Positions 25,117 to 37,746 are shown, counted from the first letter of the whole stretch. The stretch: DNA of 49,818 nucleotides, filler included, from Jimgerdemannia flammicorona (GCA_003990765.1; 2 parts of 2 records of this genome joined end to end with filler, not necessarily neighbours in it), one strand, 5' to 3'. Made by a program: numbers and translations. Notes: generated by a model not told the origin, from the letters alone.

Positions 25117-26600
25117 CTGTACCATTTGGGTATACCATTTGGGGATTATGAGCCTAAATGGTGTTTGGCCTTAAATTGATTACCAAAATTATTCCTCTTT
25201 GCTAAATTCCCCTTTAAGTCAGCCAGTTTCACAATTTTAGCCTGTAAGATCCCAAATGGTGTTTGGCCTTAAATCCATTACCTAAATTGTTCCCCTTTGC
25301 CAAATTTCCCTTCAAGTCAGCCAGTTTCACAATTTAGGCCTTAAATCAATAGAGAACTTAGTGAAGGGGAACTCAGCAAGATCAGTGAAAGAGAACTCTA
25401 CAAGATTAGTAAACCTTCATGAAGCTTCACTATTTGGGCACACTATTTGGAGATCATGTGCCCAAACAGTGTTTGGCCTTAAATCAATTATCAAAATTAT
25501 TCTCCTTTACTGAATTCTCCTTCAAGCCAGCCAGTTTCATAATTTTAGCCTTAAATCAATAACAAACTTGGTGAAGAGGAACTCAGCAAGATCAGTGAAC
25601 CTGTACCATTTAAGTGTACCATTTGGGAATCATGTGTCCAAATGGTGTTTGGCCTTAAATCAATTATCAAAATTATTCCCATTTGCCAAATTCTCCTTCA
25701 AGCCAGCCAGTTTCACAATTCTGGCCTTAAATCAATAAAAAACTTAGTGAAGGAGAACTTGGCAAGAACAGTGAAAGAGAGCACACCATTTGGAGATCAT
25801 GTGTCCAAACAGTGTTTGGCCTTAAATCAATTACCAAAATTGTTCCCCTTTGCCAAATTCCCCTTCAAGCCAGCTAGTTTCACAATTTTGGCCTTAAATT
25901 GATAGAGAACTTGGTGAAGAGAAACTCGGCCCATTTGGGGATCATGCAACCAAATGGTGTTTGGCCTTAAATCAATTACTAAAATTGTTCCCATTTGCCG
26001 AATTCCCCTTCAAGCCAGCCAGTTTCACAATTTTGGCCTTAAATTGATAGAAAACTTAGTATAGGGGAACTTGGCAAGAATAGTGAAAGAGAGTATACCA
26101 TTTGGGGATCATGTACCCAAATGGTATTTGGCCTTAAATCGATTACCAAAATTGTTCCCCTTTGCCGAATTCTCCTTCAAGCCAGCCAGTTTCATAATTT
26201 TGACCTTAAATCAATTATCAAAATTATTCTCCTTTACTGAATTCCCCTTCAAGCCTGCCAGTTTCACAATTTAGGCCTTAAAATCGATAGAGAACTTAGT
26301 GAAGGGGAACTTGGCAAGATCAGTGAAAGGAAACTCTACAAGATCAGTGAACCTTCATGAAGCTTCACTATTTGGGTACACTATTTGGGGATTATGCACC
26401 CAAACAGTATTTGGCCTTAAATCAATTACCAAAATTATTCTCCTTTACTGAATTCCCCTTCAAGCCAGTCAGTTTTATAATTTTGGCCTTAAATCAATAA
26501 AGAACTTAGTGAAGAGGAACTCAGCAAGATCAGTAAACCTGCACCATTTGGATACACCATTTGGAGATCATACATCCAAATGATATTTGGCCTAGAACTG
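25117..26600. repeat. Tandem array of ~120-190-bp hairpin-forming units; possibly the subterminal array of a Tc1/mariner-like element
   Basis: About 9 variant units of CCATTTGGG..CCCAAATGGTGTTTGGCCTTAAATCAATTACCAAAATT..CCCCTTCAAGCCAGCCAGTTTCAC..GTGAAGGGGAAC. The array ends ...GGCCTAGAACTG|TA. Confidence 0.85.
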
Positions 26601-26651
26601 TAAATACAACCACCTTTACCATAATTTTACTAAGTCACAAATTAACAGTTA

Positions 26652-27265
26652 TATCTAAACTTATGCTTATTTTTTTTGTCACTTCTTTTTACTTTTTCTT
26701 TTTAATATATTTAATAAAATAAAAATAAAAATCATAACTTGATAGAAAATTCTATTAAGTTTAATTAAATAGAGAGCTTTTTTTTATTATTGCATATAAT
26801 ATTTTAATAGAGATTATTTTTTTACTTATTTAATATAGATTTTTACATTTTTTTAAATCTCTTCTCCTATATATTAGTTATTTTAAAAAAAATTATTATT
26901 AGAAATATAAATAGTAAATATTATCTACTTTACTTAAATAGAGAGTTTTTTTTAAAAATAATATAGTTATAAGTGATCTATTAAGATTAGTTATAATTTT
27001 GGCCTTATTTTAACTCTCTATAGCTTTGAATTTATGACTAGTAATTTGTAATTTAGCTTTAATTTAAGGCTGAAATTGTGACTGGTCTCAATATTTATTA
27101 TAAAATAATAAAGAAACTATTTTTATTAAAATATTATATGTAAAAATAAAAAAAGCTCTCTATTTGATTAAACTTTATAGGATGTTTTATTAATTTATAA
27201 TTTTATTTTTATTTTTATTAAATACAATAAAAAGGAGATACAAAAAGTTGAGTATAAGTATAGTG
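26652..27265. mobile_element. AT-rich MITE with ~180-bp imperfect terminal inverted repeats and probable TA target duplication
   Basis: 26652-26830 matches the reverse complement of ~27095-27265, e.g. AAATAGAGAGCTTTTTTT versus AAAAAAAGCTCTCTATTT. TA flanks both ends. Confidence 0.7.
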
Positions 27266-27534
27266 TATTATACTATTATAAAGTTGACACTAGTGATACC
27301 AAGTCTATTTATTAGAAAGCCAGACCCATACCACCTATCTATAGAGAATAACTACAAGCAGAACTCAAGGAAATGGAAGAAGCTAAAATCATCAAGCAAG
27401 CTATCAGTCTCTAGACTTCACCTATTATCCTTGTCTTAAAGAAAGGAAGTAAGCCTGAAGAGTTTGTTCTAAGACTCTATATTGATTATAGAAAGCTCAA
27501 TGTAATCACTAAGAAGGATAAGCAGTCTTTGCCA

Positions 27535-27546
27535 AATATTTAAGAA

Positions 27547-27589
<43 letters not shown>

Positions 27590-27600
27590 TTAAGAAATCC
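27535..27600 (-). mobile_element. Poly(A/T)-only retro-insertion with 16-bp target-site duplication
   Basis: AATATTTAAGAAATCC (27535-27550) + T34 + AATATTTAAGAAATCC (27585-27600), inside the Gypsy RT. Confidence 0.8.
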
Positions 27601-28286
27601 TTATTACTCTTAAAAGTAAAGCCAAATACTATATCACTTTAGATCTGTTCTCAGGCTTCTATCAAATTGGTCTTACTCAAGATGCTAGTGAGAAATTAGC
27701 CTTCATCACATCTGATACTACTTATGTATATCTACCTATAAATACTATTTGGAATATGCAATACCCCAGTAAGTTTTCAGTGAATGATGAATAAAGTCTT
27801 CAGCAATGAGATTGAAAAATAGCTCTTTGTCTATATTGATGATATAATCATCTTCAGTAACACTATATGGAAATATGTCAACTATATATAGCTAGCCCTC
27901 AAAAGGCTCAAAGAGTATGGCCTCTACATTAAGCCCAAGAAGTGTAAGTTTGCAGCTCAAGAAATTGCCTACCTAGGACACATTATCAACCAGACTAGAA
28001 TTTACATAGACTCTATAAATATTGAGGCTATTGCAGCCTACCCAAGACTTAGAATAACTATAGAAATCTATGTCTTTCTTGGACTAGCCTTCTACTATAG
28101 AAGATTCATCAAAGGATACTTCAATATTATAGCATCTATCTATGAGCTACTGAAAAAGGAGACCAAACTTAAATAGACCAAGAAACATTAAGAAATCTTC
28201 AATAAACTCAAGACTAGGTTAACCCAAATATCCATTCTTAGAAGACCAGATTGAAACCTAAAGTTCATCCTATAGATAGATACAAG

Positions 28287-28920
28287 TAGTGCTCCTAATG
28301 AGTCAATTTAATCTGGATTGGATTTGGATTGATTTGGATTGATGGGATTTGAATTCCATTCAGATGGATTCGAATCAACTATTGTTTTGATTTCCAAATT
28401 AGATAATTAAATGTTTACATTAATAACTTAATGAATAATCATCTAAATTTGATGATCTTAGTGTCATTTGAAAGTCCTTAATAAGGCCTATCTAATGATA
28501 TCAAGAACATTGAAATCTGATCATGTGTTGCTGAGTTATGAAGGAAACTGTCTGAATTACCGATTTTGGAAATTCTTTGATTTACCAATTTTGGAAATTT
28601 CATCAAATAGAACATTTTCCTTAATATCTTGGCAATGCGTAATCCGATTTTAATGTTCTTGATATCATTAGAAAGGCCTTATTAAGGGCTTTCAAATGAC
28701 ACTAAGATCATCAAATTTGAATGATTATTCATCACGTTATTGATGTAAACATTTAATTGTCCAATTTGGAAATCAAAACAATGGTTGATTCAAATCCATC
28801 TGGATGGGATTCAAATCCAATCCAAGTTGATCTGGATGGGATTCGAATCTAATCCGAGTTGATCCAGATGGGATTCGAATCCATCTGAATCCCATCTGGA
28901 TTGACTCATTCGGAGCACTA
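28287..28920. mobile_element. Non-autonomous hAT-like foldback MITE (634 bp)
   Basis: TIRs TAGTGCTCC(T/G)AATGAGTCAAT / ATTGACTCATTCGGAGCACTA. An 8-bp TSD GATACAAG lies at 28279-28286 and 28921-28928. The arms are palindromic almost to the centre, and the element splits the Gypsy RNaseH D-T-S motif. Confidence 0.9.
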
Positions 28921-29912
28921 GATACAAGTACTATAGAACTTGGAGCAGTCCTAGCTCAGAAGAAAGATAGACATAAATATGTTATCTCCTATATATGCTA
29001 AGATACCTATAGAGCAGAACAGAACTATGAGTTATATAAGCTTGAATACTTAGCAATAGTCTGGGCAGTAGACAAGTTCTACTACTATCTAGCCAGAAAA
29101 CACTTTACTATTCAAACAGACCATTCTGCTCTTATCTGGCTATTTTTATACTCTGAACCCCAAAGGAATATATGCCAGATAGATCTATAGGCTGTAAGAG
29201 TATGACTATACTGTCAAGCACTATTCAGAAAGAACTAATGCCAATACTGATGCACTCTTAAGGATACTCTGAAATACTCTCATCAAGACTATTTAACATA
29301 AATAAGGAGCTATACTATAGATTAATTAGCTATTTTGAGTAGCAGAAGATGCTCAACCACCTTAAACTCTGGACTATCACCATTATTAACTGGACTTAAA
29401 AACAATTTAAACTAGACAATACTATACTCAGAAAAAGAGAAAAACTTATAATATCTGAATACAAGAAATATTAAGTAATAAAGGAAGTATATGAACAAGG
29501 ACACCTAAGAGGAACTAATATATATGACAAGGTAAGAAGAACTATGTAGTAGCCTAAGATGGAAGAAGATCTGTACCAATTTGTCAAAGGGTGTGACAAG
29601 TATCAAAAACAGAAATAAGATCAGTAAGATCAGATATCTAGGTCATCAAGAATTGAGCCTATTCCCTTCCACCATATTGCAATAGATATCATTGGACTAC
29701 TACTAGTAATACTATCAGAAAACTGCTACATTATAATTATCATAGATCTCTTTACCAAATAGATAGAAGTAGGAGCATTACAAGAAGTCAATGCTCCAGG
29801 GGACAATACCTTTCTCCAGTAACATTCAGGTTATACAATCTTTTGGCAATACTTTTGACACAGTTTCTGGAGACAAGCTACTAGTATCATAGTAACCAAT
29901 GAGTATCCTGGG

Positions 29913-31901
29913 GTGCATACTGGGCAGAGTGGCCCTGGAGCATTTGAATGGCAGCAAGTGGGGAGAGGCCCTGGCTTGGGGGGTAGTATGAGGGGCCTGC
30001 TGGCAGGAGGATGTGATGGAGGAGGGGGCAGAGCTGGAGGTCAAGGGTCTGGCAGAGCGAGCTTTGTGGAGAAGGTGAAGGGGGGTCAACAGGAAGCTGG
30101 ACTGGAGAGCTGGCTGAGGGGGGGGAAGGTGCCGGTGAGGGCTACCAGGCAGCAACCTCATGGAGATAACCCTCTAGAGGGCTATAGGGGTGGAGCTGGG
30201 GGGGTAGTAGCTGAGGTGGGGACTGCTGATGGGGGTGTGATGGGTGATCTGGAAAAAAATCTAAATGGGACTGCTGATGGTAAGCCAAGCAGTGGGAAGG
30301 GCATGAGGCCCAGGGACCTGGTGGATGGTATAACAGGACTGGTGGTGGCTCCATTACTCAAGAAGTTGATCTCAGAATTTACAGTCACAATGTGTTTCCG
30401 GGGCTTAGTGGTGATGGCAAAAATGATTCTGGGGCTGATTGTGAAGCAGATGAGTGGGGCGGTATCTGTTAAGTTCCTGAAGGGCCTCAAAGGGGTAGAG
30501 GTGGGATTTGAGGAGGCTGGGCCACTGGAGGAGGCTTTGAAGGCTGAGATGAAAGTGGGCGAGGTATATATACTGATGGTGAGATGCCTGTGGTGGGACT
30601 CAAGAGTAGTGCAGCTTCTAGTGAAAGGAGTTCCCACTGTTACTGCTGTAGAGATGAGGAAGAGAGTTGAGGAGACTATAGTGGAGTATGGGGAGGTGGT
30701 CAATATTGGGTTCAGAGTGTGGGAGGGAACCTCCCTCTAGACAGGGGATGTTGACATCAGGATTTGGCTGGCTGGGCAAGAGGCTACTGAGAAGGCTTGG
30801 GACTAGCCCTCAGTAATGGTGTGGGGGGCTATCTTGTATAAGGTGACAAGAGTAAAGGGGAGCAAGGAGGAGGAGGAGGAGTTGAGTGGGGCAGTTGAGA
30901 GGAGGGCGAGAGCATGGAAGGCATTTGAGGCAGTGACACATCTTGAGGTAGTTGGAGAAAAGCAAGTCTGCATCAACAAGGAGGTGTGGGAGAGGTCCCA
31001 AGGGCGCAGAAGGCAGAGAGAATTGTTGGCAAAAATGGGGGCAGAGGTGACAAGGAAGGCAAGCGATAGTGCAACTGCTGGAGGTGCTGAGGCGAGTGTC
31101 TGGGCTACTAGTAGTGGGCAGAATGAGGAGGGGGGGCAGGTAGAGGCCATGAAGGTGCCAAGCAAGAATCCATATGAAGATGGCACACTAGAGGTTTGGG
31201 AGAAAACCTAAGAGGATTCATCTTCACCCTCTCCCCTTATCAGAAGGGATCTAGCAGCAAAAGATAGAGTGATGGAGAATGTGCCGATGCGCAGTGCTCA
31301 GCAGGTACACTTTGGAGTCCCAAATGTAGAGAAGGGGAGATTGGTAAAGGCAACTGGGGAAGAGGAATTGGTGGATGTCTCAGAGGAGGGATGGAATGAG
31401 TCAGTGAGTATAGGGGCTGATACTATGATGTTGGATGGAGGGAGACTAGCGACCCCAGGAGGGAAGGAGGTGGGAAACTTGCTCTGGGTATGCTGGATAA
31501 TGAACAACTTGGCAGCAGAAGAGCTGGGGGAAGTTGACCTCCAAGTGATGAGCAATGAGCATTGGGCAAGGATCCTGCAAGGAGATAGAGTGGTAGCAGC
31601 ATTGAAGGTAGAAATTCTGGTGGTATACTTGGAGGAGGAGGGGTATGAGGTAGATAAGGAGAGGGAAGCTGCTCTGGTGGTTATGGCAGGTGAGTGGGCT
31701 GCCCACTGTTGGACTAAGAGACATGGACTGCAGCTCTGGCAGGAGGCTTGTTTGGAGTACTGTGAGGAGTTTGAGGAAAAGGAGGATGGGGAGATGGTGG
31801 AAATCCTGGCTGAATTGGAGGCTAAGAGGACTGAGAAAGCAGAAGCTATTGCTGAGCACAACCTGGATAGGGCTCAGGAGGAAGTGGACATGGAGCAGTA
31901 G
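29913..31901 (+). pseudogene. LINE ORF1 remnant
   Basis: Successive in-frame segments separated by stops. VQLLVKGVP...YGEVVNIGFRVWEGTSL*TGDVDIRI resembles Tx1/L1 ORF1 RRM-like regions. Confidence 0.7.
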
Positions 31902-31932
31902 AGGATGCATCTGAAACTATATAATTTCTCTT

Positions 31933-34900
31933 ATGAATAGTACAACCAACATTTTTTCTTTGAACATGAATGGGTTATAGGTCGCTTATCAACATAAGAA
32001 CATTTTTACTTAGCTGAAGGGATTGGAGGCTGATCTCTTCCTCTTGCAGGATGTCAGGTGTAAGGATGACTTGAATAGACTGGAATAGACGAAGGAGTGG
32101 GGAGGTGAGGTAGTTTGGAAGGGCAAGGTTGGAATTCTGGTGTGGAAGGGCAGAGAGGAGATATGGGATGTGCAGAGCTGGGGGGATAGATTGGTCTGAG
32201 GAGAGTGGTTATGCACAGGTTGGGAGCCTGTCATAGTGGGCTCCTGTTACTGCCCTGCAGTATGGGGTAAGCAAGTGAATTGGGTGACAGGCCTACAGGA
32301 GAGTGGAATTTTTGTGGAGACTGGGGTAGATGTGCTTGGTGGGGACTTCAATATGGTCCAAGATATATTGAGGAATAGAACTGATGGGGGACAAGGTGCT
32401 ATGGGGTGGAGTGGAGGACTGGCAGCATGGGAGGAAGTGGAAAGACTTAGTGCTCTGGTGGATGCAGATAGAGAATGTTGGGGGAATAGGAGGGTGTACA
32501 CATACTGGGCCAGGGCCTGGGGATGAGGATTGATTAGATTCTGACAGCCAGCTGCTGGGGCCTGGATGTTTAGAAGTCACTGGAGGTGGAATGGTGTCCT
32601 TGGTCAGATCATTGGGGGCTTTTGGGGCAGAGACATTTTGGGGGGAGTGGGGATGGGTCTGGACATTGGTGTCTCAATTCCTCCCTACTAGATGATAAGA
32701 TCCAGTGGGGTAAATGGGCTGAAGTCATTCAAATGCAGGTGGAGTATTGGAGGCAGGGAGGGGTCATAGTTGATATTTGGTGGATGAGGATGATGGAGAT
32801 GGCCAGGGCCTTCTGGAGTGAGGCTGGTATGGAGGTGAGGAGGCAGAGGAGGTGGCAGGTGTAGTGGGCATCACATAGATTATCTAGGCTCTTAGAGGAC
32901 TGGGCAAGACTGGTAACATTGGAGGGAGAGGAGGACTGGTGATCAATAAGGTTATAAATGGAGGTGGCTGAACTACAACAGGTGCTGCAGAATGAGGAAG
33001 AGGCAAGGGTCCAGGGTCTGGCAGCATGGCTTCATTGGCAGGGGCTGGAGGAAGGAGAGCGGCCCTCCAAGTTTCTTACAAGGGACCTTCAGGTGAGAAG
33101 GGTGCAGTAAAGGTGGAAAGGAGTGCTTAATGCTGATGGTTCATTGGTGCATGGGGTACAAGACAATCTTGGATCATTAAAGGAGCATTGGAGTGGATTG
33201 TGGAGTGAGGAGGAGGGTGGGGCAGGTGCTGAGGACATTGATCGAGCTTTGGAGAATTGGTACCCTACCCAAGCAGCTGGGTTGGATGAATTAGTACTGC
33301 CAGTGCTAGAGGAGGAGATCCACTAGGTTTTTGCTGTGACAACCTTGGGTACAGCACCTGGAGAGGATGGTCTGCTCTGGGAATTCTGGAAAAGGATGAT
33401 GGGAGTCCCTGAATAGTGGGAGAGATGATGGCACTATGTGATTGGATTCTACAGATAGGGAGATGGGTGGGAGAACAGGATCTAGGGTTGGTGACATTGC
33501 TTTATAAGAACAAAGGAAGCTGAGAGGATTGGAAGAACTGGAGGCCAATTATGCTACTGGATATGGACAGAAAGTTGGTTACCAAAGTGGTGGTCACAAG
33601 GTTGCAAAAGGTGGCCCAGCAAGTCTTGGGTGAGGAGCAGCAGGGCTTCATTGGAGGCCGGCTCATCAGGGATGGTACAGCATGAGTATATGGCATTATT
33701 GAAGGGGCACAAGCCAGTGGACTGGATGGGCATCTGGTCTTTTTGGACCAGGAGAAGGCCTATGACTGAGTGCAATAGGTCTGGTTAGCAAAAGTTTTGG
33801 ATAGGATTGGGGTCCTACAACAGTTCAGGACTGCCATGGTCAGCCTACTGGAAGAGAGTAGGGTGGCACTCATGTGTAATAGACATAGAGGGGTAGCATT
33901 TCCCCTGGGTAGGGGGGTGCCCCAGGGGGACCCACTGTCCCCCATTTTGTACACTTTGTCTCTGGAGCCCTTCATGGACAGAATCAGGCAGAAGATAGTG
34001 GGGTTCTCTATCTTTGACATTGGGTGGAAAGTAGGGGCATTTGCAGATAACATGGTGGTCAGTCTGGGATCAGTTGCAGATGTTGAGAAGCTCAAGGAGA
34101 CAGTGGAGTAGTATGAGGCAAACTCTGGGGCTAGGCTTAATTAGCATAAGTGCAAAACAATGGTGTTAGGCAATGGTCTAGTGGGTGGGGAGATTATTGG
34201 TACTATTGTCCCTGCTGGTGAGGCAGTATGGTACTTAGGTATCTATCTGTCAGTATATGGGTTGGTTCTGCTCAGACTTTGGTGGGAGCAGTGGGTGGGC
34301 ATTTGGGAGGAGGCCCTGCAGAGCTGGGGGGGCTGTCAATTGTCTCTGGCAGAATGCGTTTCAATTCTGAATGTCTATTGGCTGCCGAAGATGTGGTATC
34401 TAGCTTATCATCTGGACTTCCCGGCTTGGGTGGTGAAGTGATTGATGAAGCTGGCCAAGGGGTGGATCTGGGCTGGAAGGCAGAGTCAGATTAACTGGGA
34501 GATCTTGTCCTTACTAGTGGCAAGTGGGGGACTTGGGCTGGTCAACTTTCCTAAGAGGCTACACTGCTTGAGAGCTTGGTGGCTGAAGAGAGCAGTGGAG
34601 TTGAGAGGGGGTGATTGGGTTCCCCTACTGCAGAAAGTCTGGGAGATGAGGTCCTCTCTGAGAGGTTCGACAGGTGACCTTATAACACTTGTGGGCCTTC
34701 AGAACTCTGGCCAATTATGGTACAAAGGCTTCTGGTGGGGAGTGGCAGAAGGGGCACACCGCATTGGGATTAGGTGGCAGGGAAATGAAGAGGAGGAGGC
34801 TTGGGACCCAGCAATGTGGCAATGGGATCGAGTGTTACTAGGTGACATTCTCTTACTGGAGTTTGACATTGGTGATAGGATTAAATGCCAATGGGGACCA

Positions 34901-35467
34901 GGCCAAGATCTGTGGCCTAGCAGTTGGCAGGGTGTAGGAATTGGCAAGGAGTGGGACTGGCATAGTATATGGATCTAGAGTGCCAAGGTGAGGAGGTGGC
35001 TGCCACTAAAGTACTGAGTGGTCTGGTGGTGTGTACTGAGGCGAAATGTCATGCTCAACTTCTGCTCTGGTCATCTTATCGAGGGAGGCTGCTTTGACTG
35101 TAAAGAGTGTTATAATGTAGGGCAGGAAGGGGGATATGTACAGATGCCTGAACATTGGCTAGGAGAGTGTGAGGTACTTAGTACCTTTTGGCAGAACATT
35201 GGGGATCATCTGGGAGTAGTGTACAGGAGAGCTGATGTATGGGGGCATTGGGAGGATTTAAGGGGTAGACTGGAGGGAGGAGTGGGGAAGGAATGGCTGA
35301 TGTTAGGGTGGGCTTTGGCCATTTGGGTTGGGCTGGCCAGTCACTGGCTATTTGTTTTTGAGGATGAGAGAAAACTTAGCTCCGAGGTCAGACTGCTGCA
35401 GTGGCATAGCCTTATGGAAGACACCTTGATGGGCTGGTGGCTGGGGTGGGGGTTGAAGGGGGGTTGA
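31933..35467 (+). pseudogene. LINE ORF2 remnant (APE endonuclease - RT - C-terminal CCHC)
   Basis: SLNMNGL, LLQD, GGDFN and SDH (APE). APGEDGL, NWRPIMLLD, QQGFIGGR, LDQEKAYD, GVPQGDPLSP, AFADN, YLGI and GGLGL (RT and downstream). CFDC..EHWLGEC at the C-terminus. Confidence 0.92.
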
Positions 35468-35667
35468 AGGTGTTATTTGGTAGAACAAATTTGTAGGCAG
35501 AGTGGGGGGAGGGTTGGGGTAGTGGGTGAGAAAGTGGTCTTTGTTCATGTAAGTAGAAGGAGTGGTACTCCTATGGAAATTGGGTAGTACAAGGGTAAAC
35601 TGTAAATTTATTAATAGATGGATAATAAATGGCAGAGTCCAAGTGACTATAAAAAAAAAAACAAAAA

Positions 35668-36763
35668 CTCAACCACAAGTACCTCGAGTATGTCAAAACC
35701 ACAGACAGAACCTTCTCACACCCCAATGATCATATCCTGCAAATGCCCCAAGTTGGATATGCTATGAAGGATATCTACAATATAATCCACTTTGATGAAG
35801 ATGAAGCAGAAGACAATGATCCCTCTGATACTGATATGACCTCTAGCCAAGGATCTCTGCCAACTCTGATCATACTGCCAACCTTGCTGATGAACTTACA
35901 ACAATTCATAACAGCATATGAGACTTATTGAGACAATGACCACTGGCATGAATACAAACCTGCATTCACCCCTGATTACTTCAACTATAATGAAGAGACC
36001 AGAGAACACAACCTGTACCTCCAGACAACCCTCGAGATTGAACCAACCACTCCACTACTCAAGTATGAGCAACATGAACCACAGTCACCAGCTTACTACA
36101 ACTCCATGACTCATAGTGCTATAACCTACAGAAGGTATGTAGACAGCAAATCCAATGAAAGTGAAAATAATGCACCCCTCCTTTGCCCACCAACACCTTA
36201 TCCAGCATATGAGACAGATGATGCTATTCTTTAGGATGGTGACGAAGTTCAAATGTATTATTACCTCAGCGAACAAGGAGAAGTAATCTGTGAACTACTG
36301 TTCCTAGACGACTACTTCATCAGAGATGATGCAATTGATAGTGATGTCATCAAGGACTACCCAGACAGTGCCTAAACCCATAAATAGCCTAGCAGTCATA
36401 GTATAGTTAGATTAGCTTTGTATGATGTGACTGTGAACTGACTCAGCAGTCAGACAATCTCTTAATATGTCAGATCACACTTGTACTATGTGACTGCATT
36501 CTGACTCAGCAAGGCACTTAGTGCTATATCCATATTCAGCATAGTCCAGATAGCCCTCACTAGTATAAATACCCCCTCCCCCAGAACTCAGAATCTCAGA
36601 CTCAAACACACAAGAACATTCCTGAATATTTCCCCACAATATCCATTCACACAACTACTCCTAGTATAGCAATATCATGAATAGTGAATAAACCTATTCA
36701 ATAACCCACAAACTACTTAAGTAAATCTACTCCCTGTTAGGTCCCACTCCTAACCCTGTCACA
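35668..36763 (+). mobile_element. 3' region / LTR of a Gypsy-type element (probably element A) with an acidic ORF remnant
   Basis: A reading frame at ~35668-36374 has only two internal stops. TATAAAT at ~36564, AATAAA at ~36687, and terminal ...TGTCACA at 36763 abutting another element's gag. Confidence 0.6.
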
Positions 36764-37746
36764 AAATCTCCTAATTGGGTATTGTCTGCAGCAATATGCC
36801 AATTCAACTAAGCTGGTCTTAGTTTTTTGAACTTCCTGAAATACAGAAAATCCTGAACATCCAGAACTAGTCCAAAAAAGGACTTTGGTTGAGACATCAA
36901 CCCGATCTTGAAATCAATAAGCATAGAGGATGTACTCCATACAAAATTGATCTTGATCATAAGAAAACGGTCTTCCAGAATATCCAGAACCTCCAGAAAA
37001 CCCTTCCAGAACTACATAATGGTTACTCTAAAAAGCAACCCTCTTACACTAGCAGTCCAGTATCTTTGGACATAGATAATCTTTTGTGCTAGGTCCAGTG
37101 CCATTGGGGTGGATCAGATAGCTAAGGCAATTTCTTGATGAATGCCCTTCATGAAGATATTCTTGGCCCTTGGTCTTGAACTGCATCTGGGTAGTTAGCA
37201 AGGACTATTTGGTGTCAGATTCTTGTGTAAAATGTGTTTGGGTCTTCGGACATTCCTTGGCAGATAGTATTCAATTGATCCTTGAGTGCTTGTTTGATTT
37301 TGTCTATATAGTAGATTGCTCGGAGCCAGGTCTTGAAAGCCAGAATTCTTGCTGGATCATTGGCTCCTTGTACATTAGCTGCAGTGAATGCAGTTCTTGC
37401 TGGGCCTCTGAGGCTTACAGGGAGTAAGGCTACTTATTGTGCTGCACTTAAGGTTCTTATAACAGCATACTGCTCGAAATTATCAATGAAGGTGATGATT
37501 GATTCATTGAAGGTATATCTATGGAATACAGGTGGTCTCATATCCATTTTGTCTGATTGTGTTGTGTGGGTTCTTGTTGTAGTTGTCCATTGTTCAGCTT
37601 GAAAGTGAGAGATTTGTCTTGAATTATCAGCCAATGGACACTAAGTTGAAATGTAGCAGATACTAAGATAGGCAAGTACATTGGATTTCTTTATCTTAAA
37701 TTCTTATCTTCTTGACTCCCAGAGTCAGTAGTTCCTGGAGGCCAAA
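36764..37746 (-). mobile_element. Truncated minus-strand Gypsy element C: PBS and gag remnant
   Basis: PBS-like TGGCCTCCAGG from 37744. The gag reads MRPPVFH..ESIITFIDNFEQYA..SLRGPARTAF..FKTWLRAIY..QGMSEDPNTFYTRI..FMKGIHQEI, which is homologous to the gag at 41736-42203. Confidence 0.85.

Larger units (their letters stand above)
27268..29796 (+). mobile_element. Heavily decayed Ty3/Gypsy pol fragment (RT-RNaseH-integrase N-half), element A
   Basis: Motifs TSPIILVLKKG, IDYRKLN, LDLFSGFYQI, YIDD (27832), KPKKCKF, YLGHII, DTS..LGAVL, IQTDHSAL, CDKYQ and HIAIDIIG. Many stops, and interrupted by two insertions. Confidence 0.9.
29797..35661 (+). mobile_element. Near full-length decayed non-LTR retrotransposon (L1/Tx1-like LINE)
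   Basis: ORF1 and ORF2 remnants plus a poly(A) tail at ~35650-35661. The 5' boundary is approximate and no TSD was found. Confidence 0.9.

Noticed and set aside
25642..26274. Short repetitive ORFs in the satellite
   Set aside because: Chance open frames in a tandem array.
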